This document shows, in pieces, positions 12,780-26,169 of a DNA stretch of 64,000 bases. The position numbers and the translations under genes were made by a program. Under the pieces are notes generated by a model. It saw only the letters and a list, made by a program, of their open reading frames with translations. It was not told the DNA's origin and did not search any database. Each line of letters begins with the position of its first letter. Position 1 is the first letter of the stretch. The stretch is from Dicyema japonicum (taxonomy: Eukaryota; Animalia; Dicyemida): NCBI GenBank assembly GCA_011109175.1, contig RDEW01000007.1:153424-217423 (forward strand), in the 5' to 3' direction.

Positions 12780-13487
12780 TTTAGAAAAAGTACGTAATTT
12801 ATAAAGTAAAATCGTTCTAAAGTCCAGCGGATATGATCGAGTGGCTGTTACCTCTGACTACTGCCAGGGATATCCTTTGGAAAAGCCACTCGGTTTCCCG
12901 ACGCTCCCTCGAGGCTTTGGTCAATAGACACCCAAGTGCTCTAAGGAAAGAGACCGTCTTGGGGCCAAAGACTCCGCTCGTCTCGACGACCACTGGCTGT
13001 ACATGGAAACGGTTTAGGAGGCTGCTGTATTTCTTTATTTTTGAGTTTTCATATAAACGGGCGGCCTCTCCCGCTTTCATTGCCGACCTCAAAAGTTTCG
13101 ACTGGGAAAAGCTGTCAGTACAGGCAGCATCCCAAATTAAGCATTTGCCCCGAGAATAGGGGAAGACAGTAATTCCATCGGGTCGCTTCCCATCATCCCT
13201 ACTCAAGCCCGTTGGCTCTAGAATGGATGGGTATCCCGCTCGAGGGCGCGCTTCACCACTTCATTTATAGCCTTGTGTCTAGCGAATCGACCTGCGCTTT
13301 TTCGACAAGAAAGGGCATGATGTCCATAGCAGTCGACCTTCCTGCCGCATCGGCACTCATGGGGTTGACAAACTTTCAATCCAAGTCTGATGGAGACTCC
13401 GGTGCGGACCGTTTCATCGTATAGGTGAGTTCCCACGTTTCCAATGGGTAGGGCATTGATCCAAGCCCCGCTCCACTCGCATCTTGC
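12780..13487 (-). mobile_element. Second CRE-like RLE 3' fragment, convergent with the first
   Basis: HECRCGRKVDCYGHHALSC..GRFARH, DGKRPDG, LIWDAACTD, QRISLAVVRGNS. Confidence 0.85.
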
Positions 13488-13832
13488 TCAATATATTCTC
13501 AGATAAAGCGATATATTTAGTTTTTCTAACAATTTTTTTCCATTTTGTAATCTGAAGAATTTTATCATTATGCCTTCATCTTTTATCAATTTCTTTACAA
13601 AATTTCTTGGCGTCTTGTTTAGTGTCCCAAATGTACTTCTAAAAACGTTGTGCCAGCATTCAATTGAGTTATTTGTCCGAAGTAAGTCCTCATATAAATT
13701 ATCCAGATTATTCCAATAATTAATTGGAAATCTTGGAATTAATGTATTTTCTTGATTTCCAATATAATTGATCGAAAAATATTGATATAATTGATTTAGA
13801 ATCTCAAAAAATCTGATCTCGACACTATCCAA
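13488..13832 (-). mobile_element. MULE (Mutator-like) transposase C-terminal fragment
   Basis: YF..NYIG...PRFP..YWN....RTNNSIECWHN motif. Confidence 0.75.
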
Positions 13833-13849
13833 TCAAAAGTGTTCTTTAC

Positions 13850-15180
13850 AGTATTATTATTATTAGCACTTTCACGAGAGCCATAATATTTATAGCATGT
13901 GCAGCAAAAAATATAAGAGAATTAGTTAGATTGCTCCAAGCTCTTCTGTTCTTTGCTAGGTCCCTCAGTGAGTCCAAATCGTCACCAGATGCCAATGTTT
14001 TCTTCACGGCTTTCAGATCGTTTTGTAGAACGACCGGGAGGGTAGTTCTCGGTCTTCCACGAAAGCGTTTTACATTGGAGGAGTAATCTTCCATTGCGAT
14101 GTTCGGAGGGGATATCGGGTCCAACTTCAGGACGTGTCCAGAAAGTCTCCAACGAGAGCTAATGATCTCGTGGCTTAATGGTTTACAGTCACACTTATTG
14201 TACAGTCCATTCCGCGAGATCTTGGATGACCAGGATTTTCCAGTTATGTTTCTTAGATGATTCCTTTGAAATGAGTCTAGCCTCTCCAATTCCTCTTTAG
14301 AGGTGGCTCAGGTCCCAGAGTTGTATAGTAGAATTGGTTTGATGAAAGTTTCGTATAACATAATCCTTTGTTTTATGTTATATCCTTTCCGTTTTAGCCA
14401 AAGATTTTTAAGCCTTTGTAATGCCGCATTTGCCAATGTTTTTCTCCGTATGATGTCTTCGCTATCTCCTAGTAGTGAGCCAAGTTTCTTTATGTGTCTC
14501 CATTTTTCTTCGAGTGAATTGTTCATTCTTCTTATCTCTGTCCGTTTGTTTTTTCCCTGTTCACGGTGAGAAACCATTTCTCAAGTATATCTGGTGCTCT
14601 TTCTAGTACATGCTCCAGGAGTTCTTTGTCTTCAGAAATTAGGTCGACATCATCAGCATAAATCACTTCTTCTATTTTTCCTTGGTATAATAGTCTCAGT
14701 TCCCTCATAGCGGCCTCCAAGTATATTGTGAATAGTAGGGAAGAGAGGGAGTCTCCTTGAGGAGTGCCTGTGTTTGTTTCAAATTTTCTTGAGTAGGTTT
14801 TTCCAACTCTCACAAGGAGCTCTGTGTTAGATAGAAGGATTTGAATCATTCTTAGACTCGATTCGTCAATAAACCCTTCCAGCACTGTCATCAATTTTTT
14901 CCTGTTAACTGAGTCAAAGGCTTTTGATAGATCTATTCCAGAATGTGGATGGCATTGCAATATCTTTGATGTGTTACACATCTCCATCTGTGACTCCAGA
15001 CTGCATCAGTTGTTGATCTTCCTTCTCTGAACCCACTTTGACTTTCGGGTAGGTATTCATAGGCGAGTCCTTTTATTCGTTCCAATACAATGTTAGGTAA
15101 GACTTTCCGTAGAGAATTTGATAATATAATTGATCGTAAGGTTTCAGCCGGTCCTTTGGGTTTATTGGGATTTGTATCTT
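13850..15180 (-). mobile_element. RTE-clade LINE (RT and 3' end)
   Basis: QSGFREGRST, IDLSKAFDSV, GTPQGDSLS, YADD, GRPRTT; tail GTGCT(AAT)n. Confidence 0.9.
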
Positions 15181-15419
15181 TATTGATGAACTTACCCAAA
15201 ACCTGAAAAAATTAATTGGAGGCCGTTTTGAATGGACACGCCTCTAACATATTCAATGTTTTTGCACTTTTTTTACCTTCAACGACCTGGTCTGTCACTT
15301 ACTACTCAAGCAGTGACCATTCTTTTGATGAGAAACCTTGAATATAAATATGATTATGTTACAATATGTTATTTATTAACCGAGGATCACCGAGAAAGAA
15401 AGACAAAAGTAATGCCAAC

Positions 15420-16580
15420 TAGTTAGATGATCCCAGTTCCCGCAATCAAAAGTGCCATTCGAAGCCTGTGCGTCTCCATTGTTCCCACTGTCGAACGGAA
15501 ATGCCTTTTTTGATCCTTGTAGAGGAAGTCGACTGGGAAAGGAAATTTCTTAGCCAACCAATTTTCTTTAGCGTGGAATAGTGAGAGGCTAAGTGGTTGT
15601 CAATCTTCCTCGCAGATGCGGAGAAATCCAGAACCACATCTACGAGTTGTGGATTCCGTCAGCAGGGGAGGTATTTTTGTTCCACATTGTGATCCCACAT
15701 CCGTATTGTTTTCCTTTGCAATAAGTTTAGTTTTTGGATAGTGGCCTCTCATAACGCGAATCTCCACGCAGAAAAGGCATATTCCACGGCCGGCGCGATT
15801 GTCTGGCGGTATTTGATTCCGATTGCTTTATTCTGTAGTCTTTTGAAAAATTTTTTGGCATGATAGGTAAAATTAAGCAGCCTGTCCTATGTCACTCCCT
15901 GGATTGAGGGGTTTCTTGTGACAGGTATCCGAGTATGTCCGATGAAGATTTCTGGTTCTTCTTTGAACCGCCGGTCGGAGGTGAATAGAGTGCATGTTGA
16001 TTTTGGAGCAAATACCGAGAGACGGTTAGCTATCAACCAATCGTGAATACAATCCACTTTTTTCTGTGCGAGTGAAACTGCTTCTGATGTCGAACTGCTT
16101 CTTGCTGCAATGATGATATCGTCAGCATAAGAAAACAGTAGAAGTCCTTGTCAATATCTGCTGGCTGGTCGTGGAGGAAAAGGTTGAATAGAGTGAAGGA
16201 CAAATGTGATCCTTGGGGCACTCGGTTTGGTAGTATTCGTGATCTGTGGTTGCCACATATGACCCTCCCACGTCATCCAGATAAAAAATTGGCCAACCAA
16301 AACTTCAAGTTAGGGCGAATTTTTGAATCAAAGATTTTTCCAATTAAATGTTTCCTCGGTACCGAGTCAAATGCCTTGTTGATGTCAATCGAGACCATTA
16401 TTCTCCCCGTGTATTTTGGGGTAGTGTTGAAACCCATCCGCAACCCACATTATGAATTGGAGTGATGAACGAGTTCTTCCATATTTGGGGGATAGTGTTT
16501 CAGAAATGTCCGTTAGGTAGCTAATTGCGTATTTGCTTAGGTGTTACACTGTGTGTATCGAAGTATCGTCCGCCTTTAAT
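15420..16580 (-). mobile_element. I/Jockey-like LINE RT fragment, related to the element at 1..1810
   Basis: PQGSHLS and SIDINKAFDSV-like motifs; 16510..16550 resembles 205..240. Confidence 0.75.
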
Positions 16581-16589
16581 TTAAATATA

Positions 16590-18200
16590 TTATTTTATTT
16601 TATTTTTTATTTATTTAACCCAAGACCACGGTAAAACAAAACTAATTATCACGTGATCCAGATGCACTCTAACAGAGACCTCATCTTTTCCCGTCGTTCT
16701 TCCTTCGTGCCCGCGCATGAACGTACAGGACGGCTTCCTGAATTTTCAGGGCCAACATCCCGTGATCTGGAGTCAAGTCTCATTAGGGCTTCCAGAGGTG
16801 TAGGTCCGGGTCGATGATCTTCACAAATCCAACGCTCCGTTACTCTGTAAGCCCTCTTTTACATTTCCTCAATTTTCCTCATATTTGTCCAAGATATGGA
16901 CGAACCCCAGGAGGCGCATGAATATGAGAAACTTGGCTCGATGTATTGTTTGTAGACGTTCATCAAAACTGGGTGAGTACCACTTTTCCATATTCCCGAT
17001 AAACTTTTCAATACGTTCAGTTTCTTCTCGCATTTCAATAGAATGTTTTCTACGTTAGGTGTTAAACAGAGATGCATATCAATTGTTACACCCAAGATCC
17101 TTTGACATCTGTGGAAAGGGATACCGACCTTGTTTAACTTCAAGGTGACTATCTTCCTTCCCAATCTTTTGTCCGAGATAAATAGTGACGTATACGACTT
17201 CTCTGCATTCATCACGAGCCGGTTTTCCATTATCCAGGCATTAAGCCTGTCCAGGTTAATTTGTATTCTTTCTGTGGCCCTCTGGATGTCCTGATCTCGC
17301 GAAGCCAACACAATATCATCCGCATAGGATAGTAGAACATCAATATCAGATTCAAGACTCGGGATATCAGCCAGAAAGAGATTAAACAGAGCAGGGGATA
17401 AAGGCGATCCTTGAGGGACTCGGTTTGTGAGGAGCCGTGAGATTGATTTCAGACCTCCGAGGTAAACACGTCCCTTCGTCCACTTAGGAAGTTAATAATG
17501 CAAAGCTTTAGCTTCCCTGGGATCTCCGATTGAAATATTTTTCTCGATAGAAGCCTCTCCAGAATTTTTGACATTGAACATAGCAGTGACACTGGTCTAA
17601 AAGACGCTGGGTCCTCTCTCGATCTTCCTGGTTTCATTAGTGGCCGTATTAGAGCCTGTTTCCATAACAACGGTATCACATTCTGATTAATTGAATGGTT
17701 GAATATCGACGTTAGGAAAGTGATTCCTCCGTCTTTAAGATTTTTTAATAAGATAACAGGAATGTTATCTGATCCGTGGAGTATGTCGTTTTTACGGAAT
17801 GTATTGTATCACTCACCTCTCTCTCAGAAAAGAAGAGTGGTTCTAATATATATTAAGTTTCCTGCGTGATGGAAGTGTATCAGACTTCATGTGCTCTTTG
17901 TGTCAAATTTTAGTATAGAATTTTATTAAGTTGTTCACATCACTTTGAACATAATCCTCCTCTGTTGAAACTTCATCGCCTTTTGCCACAATTCGAATAG
18001 CTTTCCACACCTCTCCCGTAATGCGATTTCTATTCACCATTGTAACACACGATTCCACTTCAACCTCTGGGCCTTGAGCTCTTTTGCCTTTATTAATTCA
18101 ATGTTCTGATCCGGAGTTTCATGTCTAAGGTTATCCGGTTAGATTTTTTAAGCCGATTTTTTTCTGAGGAAGTTAGAACATTCTTAATGAGAAAAATATA
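16590..18200 (-). mobile_element. I/Jockey-like LINE (RT and 3' end)
   Basis: DPASFRPVSLL, SYADD, YIEPSFSYSCASW; family-type terminus at about 16600..16665. Confidence 0.85.
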
Positions 18201-18529
18201 ATCTTTAATAATAAACTACGGAGGCCTTTCGAGAGCTTCGATTATTTGACAACCAACGTTAGTTTCTTCTGGGACATCCACAGCTCGGATTTGTATACTT
18301 ATTAAAGCTCAATGTTGTAGACACGATAACTCAGGTGTCTATAGTATTGATTTAAAGTGCTTAGGAGACTTAAATAAGTATTTTATTATTATTATTATTG
18401 CATTTGCAAGGAGTAGAGTGTTTTGATTGTTTTACCCACATGGGCTGTCTCCAATTGTCTCCCATCTCTGGGATTTTGTATTAGTGCCCAGAAATGATTC
18501 AAGTTGAAAGTTTTTGAAATGAGCATTGA

Positions 18530-20403
18530 AGGTCAGGAAGAAATGTATTGGATAATAAAGAAAAAACTGAGATTATTGCCGAACATTTTTCAGGACTTTT
18601 GAATGAAAATGAAACCTCATATGTGGAGCCATTTGAGAAATCACCAAGAAGTCTGAATCTACCTATCTCTACAAAGGAAACTAACCTGGCAATCATTAAA
18701 TTAAACAACAGCAGGGCAGCGAGACCAGACAACATACATGGAGAAATGATCAAGTATGCACCAGGCGAACTGACAACCCTCATTACAAAGATTTTCAATA
18801 AGGTATTTGAGACGCATTCCCCCTTGAAACTTGGTGATGGAATTTTGATTCCTCTGCATAAACCAGGAAAGAGCAAGGGACCGATAAAAACTATCTCTAC
18901 CCAGACTGATTATTTTTCTCTACTCGCACACTTCGTTTTTGTAGCCTCCCAGTACATCTGAAATTGTGTCCTCCCATATCTCCGGATTTGCAACGGACTC
19001 TATGAAAACTTCAGTGCCATCTGTCTCTTGTACTACGATTTATTCAAAAAACTTGGAAACCTAATCCCAGCCCGCTCAGGAGATCTTGATGAACATACTA
19101 TTCAAACGGATTTTCCTCGAAATCCTAAAGTTATTTATTTAAATTATCAGTGATAAACCTTAGTCGGATATCTTCTGATATCTATGAATTTTTGTCGCCG
19201 GGACAGAGTGGTTCAGAAAGGGACGTTCGAACGCAGATGCTGTTGATTTCACAGGTGGATATGTGCCATGTGTCAACGATACAGGAGTGATTTAAAAATT
19301 TTTGAAGTGGACATGTCCACTGCGCTTGACACTGTCAACAGAAAAACATTGTTGGACGTTGTTGAGAGTTTTCTTGATAAATATAACACAAGAATTGTCC
19401 GTTTCCTATTATCTAACACTGAATTAACTGTAAGAATTGGGAACACAACATCAGCCTTTCGGGACAACAGTTGGAAAACTTCAGGGAGACTCTCTATCTC
19501 CGGTTCTATTCGTCGTATACCTGGAAGCGGCATTGAGAGCTCTTAGAACAAAATGTGAAGAATGCATGCCGATGGAAATTATATATAAGATGACATAGAT
19601 TTTGTGTCAGAAAATGATCTGGAACTTGGACTTTCTTTAGAGAATTCCCTGGAGAATTTAAGAATTGGTCTCTGCGAGTTAATCAGGAAAAGACTGAACA
19701 CATAAGAATCACAAGGGAATTAAAATATATTGATGAAAATTGGAAGAAAAAAGGAAATTGAGATTCTTACTTGGTTATAGTGAGGACATGATGTATAGAA
19801 GAGTTCTAGCCACTGCCATGTATAAGAAAATGCAGATATGGAGTCGACGAAAGCTAATAAAAACAAATCTAAGAATAAGACTATACAACGCATATATAAA
19901 GCCGGTGCTTATGTACAACTCGGGTACATGGGGTATCACAAAGTTAGAGCTCAAGAAAATGGATATATTTCATCGAAAACAATTACGCAATGTAATGGGT
20001 CTAGGTTAGCCCAAGAAGATATCAAATAAGATAATATACTCTGTGGCACAATCGAGGCCAATAAGCATCGATATTATTGAATCAAGATGGAGAATGTTTG
20101 GGCACGTGCTTAGAATGTTCATGAACGCTCCTGCAAATATAATAATGGATAATTACTTTAACAATGAGAACAAACCATCGTTCAGAGGAAGACCCATAGT
20201 CACTCTACCCGTGGCTCTTAACATCTTAATGGAATTGGAAGAAAACTTAAATCTGCAGATGACCTAGAAGATCTAAAAACAGATGCGCAAAGCAGAAAGC
20301 GATGGAGACTCCTAGTGAAGTAGATTTTGAAACGTGTGAGACAAACGGACCTTAGTTAATATAACGTTCTTTGGTTATGTGAAAGTGCTTATAATAATAA
20401 TTA
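18530..20403 (+). mobile_element. RTE-clade LINE, degraded, interrupted by an L1-like piece at 18890..19130
   Basis: AARPDNIHGEMIK, DMSTALDTV, YIKPVLMYNSGTW, GRPIVTLP; tail GTGCTT(ATA)n at about 20385..20403. Confidence 0.85.
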
Positions 20404-20659
20404 AAGGTCAGCCACTTGACAGAACGATATTGATCGAAATTTTAGAAACTCAAATTCTTTATATCTGATTCACTCAATTTTTCGACTATGTTTTTATTTG
20501 TTCAAAACTTTTCTTTTAAATTAAAATCCGTCCATTTATCTGCGAGTTATCGTGGCACAGACATACAACATTGAATTTTGATAAGTACTAGACACCTGCG
20601 GAGGGCTTTTCGGGAGCTTCGATTATTTGACAAACGACGTTAATCTCTTCTGGGACCTC

Positions 20660-21300
20660 CACAGCCCGGAATTCTAGGAATCACTACTACGTCGCCTTTA
20701 AATTGACCAATTAGTATTTTTCCAACGATTAAATTATTGTACAACTCAATGACAACCATTAAACAGTTTGGGAGATTGCAAATTTCGCATCGACATGATT
20801 GGACAACCAATCTTTAATTCTATGATCTGGAAAGTCCCGAGATTTCAACAGACTGTAAAAATTAACGTTACATTCTAATTATTATCCTTGGATATTTAAT
20901 TTTCCCCAACACGCAATTAAAATTCAGAATATAAAAAATTGGCATGTTTATAGTTAACACAAATTTCTTAATGTGTCTCCATAAATATGTTTTTTATGCA
21001 GACATTGATAACATCTTCATTTGTGTTTCTCTTCACGATTGGAAGAATTTGACAAAAATCACTACATAACACGGTCAAAATTCCTCCAAAAAACGAATAC
21101 AATCATTGACATCCTGAAGGGTTCTATCTACCGCTTCAAGACACTTTTTTATAAGCATAGGACTTTCGTCTCACTAGTGCTTCATTTTGCATTTGTTGTG
21201 TATGTGTTCTCAATTCGGTTAACTGACTACTCTGCTGTTCTAGTAATTCTTCAGGCCGCATTTGTTTTGCATGCTAACTAACAAACTGTCGAAATCAAAC
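20660..21300 (-). mobile_element. Helitron PIF1-like helicase remnant (internally deleted)
   Basis: Minus-strand pieces KKCLEAVDRTLQD, DFCQILPIV, LWRHIKKFVLTINM, IGCPIMSMRNLQSPKLFNG and GQFKGDVVVIPRIP match Helitron helicase motifs. Confidence 0.75.
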
Positions 21301-21528
21301 CCCCAAAGTTCATTTGACGCTCCAGATAACAGTAATGAAGAATATACACATTACTCCTATATAGCCATGTAGCCATCAAAGAACAACCTCAAACACCCCC
21401 AAATCAAATCAACCAGGTGAGACACAACACATCCAACAAATACAACATCAAAGACCTTCACATGATCAACTAATTGATAAATGGTCACAATGTAATTGAC
21501 TAAGGAATATTAATAGGAAATAGGACAA

Positions 21529-22320
21529 TCATTTAATATAAACATATTTTCTCTCCACCGCAAGTCCATTCCACGTGCTCAATCTATCCATCACTCTCTT
21601 CCAGTAGTCATCATCCCTTATTCTACAACTTATAAAGGTTTCACCCATCTCGTCATAATATCCCAAAACCTACACTTACAACACCATTTACCTTTTTCCG
21701 CAGTTTCCGTATTTTCACCATCCTATTCATGTTAACCACGTGATCTGTATGCCTCAAAATGTTAATCATCCCTTCAGATCACAAGATTGAGTCACTTTCT
21801 TTCGGCGGCACTTTTATCACCAGAGTAGATGTTAAGGGACGTTCTTTAGAGGTTTCTCGGGGTTCCTTCTTAGAGATGATCTCCCAGACATGGTCTATCA
21901 ACTGATAGTCGGTGGTTATCTGTTCCATGAAGTTCTTCCATCATAAATACAATAAAACCTTGAATTTTCGGTCACTGACGGGAAGGTTTTCTATTTTTTG
22001 GATCATTTCTAGCATTGATAGGACATTTGGGTGGACTCTGAGATTTCTTTTGTAATCGTTGATATTCTTGGATATTTTATTTGCCATTACCTTGAGAATT
22101 AACTCCCGTCCGTGTCTTTTGGCACGTTTTTTAGCACCAGAGTAGCAGTTGTGCTTTCGTCCTGCAAAATGACTTGAATTATATAAATTTAATACTCGAA
22201 CTTTGTCTTACATTCAATGCAAAAGACAAATTGAAATTTACAGAAACGGTAATGGTTTTTTATATGTCTTCGTGTTAAAAGTATTCCACATTCAGAACAA
22301 ACAAAGTCACACACATACAT
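21529..22320 (-). CDS. LYAR: Cell growth-regulating nucleolar protein LYAR-like, 3-4 micro-introns of 22-24 nt
   Basis: N-terminal C2HC fingers (FVCSECG...FCIECKTKF..H.C), middle region ENLPVSDRKFKNFM...IDHVWEII, C-terminal KLRKKVLGYY. One apparent single-G deletion at 21770..21772. Ends in TGA. Confidence 0.85.
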
Positions 22321-22419
22321 TCAAATTAGCAAATTTATAAAATTATTTTATTAAATTTAAATCTACCATTATTCATTCAAATTTATAATTTAATATTTAA
22401 ATTATAGTCATTACGAAAA

Positions 22420-22540
22420 TGGCCCATGTAGGATTCAGGACTTGAGAACATATTCCAAGTCGACTCTGTTAATTGCCGGGATCACGTGATTAGCTAGTTT
22501 GGTGTTACTTTGGTCTTTGGGAATTTTTTAATTTAATATA
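22420..22540 (+). mobile_element. Extreme 3' end of an I/Jockey-like LINE
   Basis: LLIAGIT* (GCCGGGATCACGTGA, 22475..22489) plus the family-type UTR. Confidence 0.7.
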
Positions 22541-23399
22541 CTTCCTACTTATCCGACATATCAGAACATCGGGTTTCCAATCACCCATTTCATCTATCAT
22601 GGTATTAAGTAGACAAGTGGTACGAGGAGGTTCCTATAACTTGTCAAGGACATGTATCTGCCTTTGAAATAAATACACAATGGACATTAATTAACTCTTA
22701 ACCTCTTTCCAGTATATCACGATTATTAAATTCTCTCATTTGATTGAATTATCTGGAGAAGCCGTTAGAGTATATGGACTTTCACGCTTTTTTACAACAT
22801 GGCAAATCTTGGTAATAAATAATATACTTGGTAACCTCTCCCTCATTGTATATGAAGAATTAAATATAACCATAACTTTATCTCGGCAAAATACATAACT
22901 AGAAAACACAAAACCAGTTTTTTCCAGAGAACAAGCATCCAAAAAAGTCTGATTCATTCTTGAACATAGCATATTTCTGAATGGAAAAGAATTCAGAGAT
23001 TTCTTTGCTTGCATTAATTCTCTAAAATTATTTCGAACTACAGATCTTACTTGTATCTTTCTATAACACTTCACTATTACTTTATTTATTAAACCCCGGA
23101 TACACCGAGAAAGAAGTTAAAGTAAACAACTAATTAAGTGTATCCAGTTTACACTTCGACAGAAACAGAGTCCATCCGGAATCAACATTACATGCAGTTG
23201 TGGAAACCTCTCCAGTGGAGTGGGGGAGAGCAAATGATCCTTTTTCGTGCCGGCCGGCGCCACCTAGATAGGTGGATCACATGACAGCACTCTAATAGGA
23301 AGAGAGGGAGGAACAGACGAACAAAACTGAAATTTCAACCAATTAACCACAAAGCACCACATGGCGCCACGCGGCTATTATTTCTTGATAACACATTGA

Positions 23400-23800
23400 C
23401 TAACTTTATACGATATGGTTTTTCGCACAGGCCGGGACACATAAAGAATGTACTTTGCTCCATAGACGTCCACAAAGCTTTCGACTCTGTATCAAGGAGG
23501 ATTCTTACTTCGAAAATTTACCAAATAAAGAAAGCTTAAACTCTAACTAGCTAATTTCCTTAGTGGTCGGAGGGGACGCGTCTGCAATGTCCAGTCAAGA
23601 TCTATTTCCCGGCTTCTACCTAATGGTGTTCCCCAAGGATCCAATTTGTTTCCATTACTATTCATGAAGGATCTCTCCACACAGGACGCCGAAAATGATA
23701 TTATTCAGACTTATGCCGACGACATTGTAATTGCGTCACGTGCTTCCACATGTTTGCGGAGCACTGGGCGCTTACGTCCATAACATGAAACTGAATCCAA
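23400..23800 (+). mobile_element. LINE RT fragment
   Basis: SIDVHKAFDSV, GVPQGS and YADD remnants. Confidence 0.7.
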
Positions 23801-24399
23801 CAGTGAGGGAAATGTTGATTATGTCCTATGAAAATAATAAATAATATGCATTTTCATCTCTGCAGAATTTACATAATCAATAAAGCCAAATTGAATTTAG
23901 TCAGTTTATTGATACATAACGTTGAGATGCGATATGTCAATGACTGCAACGAGGGTACAATTCGACAAATCCGATACAAGCTTAAAAATGAAGTAAGTCT
24001 AATGATGTTGGTATTGCTTCACATGGCCGCCTCAAACAAATTAAAATAGAGTAGTGTTATAAGTACAAAGGGAGATTTTACTTCTATAAAACTGTCAAGT
24101 AAAGATTATTCCGTTGGTTATGAGGTGGAGTCATATCAAAATGCTTTATAAGAAATATACTAAGGAAGCAACAAGGACTTTCGTGTAAAGAGAACTCTTG
24201 AAATTATGATGACTGAGCTTAAGAACAGGATAAATGTCCCCTATGATGAATATAGTTATAATATAAACAAGTAAATAAAGTACTACCTTATTATTAATTT
24301 AAAACTTGGACATTTATACAATTATTATCAAATCAATTGTCCAGGACTTGAGTTTATTTATCTTTAGGAGGTCGCTCCCAGAGATTTTACACTTCCATG

Positions 24400-25500
24400 T
24401 TTAATCTTAATCCTTAAGTCTAGAACTTCTTTCCCATCCAGAGATAGACTGTGTTCACATCATAAGCTTGCAAATTCCACTCTGAATGTGCCAGAGTGCA
24501 AAAGAGCAGGATATTGTAATTCAGTTTATTAACTAACGGAACGAAAATATTTATTTTCTACTTGGATTGATGTAAAGAAAGCATTCGACTCTGCTGATCG
24601 CGAGTTTTTATATCATATATTGCAAAACTCATGTTTTTTTTCTTGGATTGACAGAGTTTTCAGAAGCTTGTCACAAAATGGACGATACGGTTAAATTATG
24701 AATACAAATGATTGGGAGATGTGAAAATAAGAAGTATTTTGTAAAGAAACTCCCTTACCCCAGATCTTTGTTTTGTTAATGAAAATTTTGAGTTCAATAC
24801 TAAATGGGAAATTCCCAAAAGTAACAATAGAAGATCCCCTTGGAAAGTCACATGTACGACTAATCACATGGATAAATCTGTTGTCTTATCAAAGTGATAC
24901 AATTGAATTGATGCTGGAAGAAGTTGAATCGCTTTTTGATGCATCTTCGTTGGACAGAATTTTTAACAAGTCTGCAACAAATGTGAAATGTTTCTCAAAA
25001 AAGCTCGTTTCCTCGATGGATATATCTTGGAGTTTAAAGACTAGAATAGTACTGTTCTTGATAGAGAAATTATGGAGATTTGTGAAAAAGCAATCAAAAA
25101 TTTCACGAAAACGAATTTAAACTCAGTAAACCTACTCAAAGAAATGAACGACTATGCATTTTGAAATCATTAGATTGATTCATATCAAGTCTTTGAACAG
25201 ATAGATAAAAATATCCGTCGAATTCTTACGGACAACCAGATCTACGAATAAGAAAATAATTTATATTCCGAGATAAGTTTGTTAGAGGCCTCGAATCTGT
25301 CAGTTACATGGCTGAGCGAATGCTCCTCCATGGAGACTTGGAACATAAAGCTAAACACAGCCTGAAGATCTGAAATTCTACATTAATTTAAAGAATACAA
25401 ATATGGCCAAAATCGTAGAATTCATTTCTCAAAAGTATAATGCTTGGCCGGCATAAAGAAAATCCAACTATCCTTACATCGGGGACAAACTCGTTACTCG
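24400..25500 (+). mobile_element. RLE-type (R4/NeSL-like) non-LTR retrotransposon RT, heavily degraded
   Basis: AKEQ...TWIDVKKAFDSAD and LFVLLMKILSSILNGKFPKVTI. Confidence 0.65.
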
Positions 25501-26169
25501 GAGACAAGTTCTGGAACGCTGGAACGAGTCAGGATCAAGGTGTTAGTTAGTTTGGTTACCCTTGGTCTTTGGAATAAATTTAATTTATAACATTGAAGAT
25601 ACAAATTGATGACAATCCCTGATGGATATTTATCATTAATATCTACTGGAGTAAATTGAGATACCACTACAGTCTATTATATATCATTGTTTGAAGGACA
25701 TAACTAAATTCTATTAAATCTGTTTGGTGGATAATGCATGAAAATAAATTAGTCGCAACCGTCTGCTTCAAATCACAACTTAATCGGAAAATTACCCCAA
25801 ACGGGTTGAATTGGATAGGTCCCATAAGTATGAACTATTGGCCAATGATAATTCACACCTCAAAGGTGAAAATAGTTCCAGTTGGACGGAATTGTCTCAA
25901 GATTCTTTAGATGTCGTTTGGACGTGTTCAAAGTGGAGGAGAGTGAAAACGTATATGGAGACACTCTTGCTGCGAAAAAATTAAGAGCACTTAAGTCGAG
26001 GTGAGACACGGAGTATTTATGTATATTGAGGAAAAGGAAGAATGTCAAACCAGGGAGGTCTTTGAATTATGAACGAGGACCAGAAAGTTGGGTCCAAGAG
26101 AAGAAGGGTGTTTTGAATATTTTTTAGATTATCAAATTTGTTTTAAATTGCTATAATTAAACTAAGGCT

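Noticed and set aside
22540-26130. ORFs 22736..23074, 23828..24049 and 25860..26048 as host genes
   Set aside because: No micro-intron structure or domain; likely decayed retroelement parts or chance ORFs.
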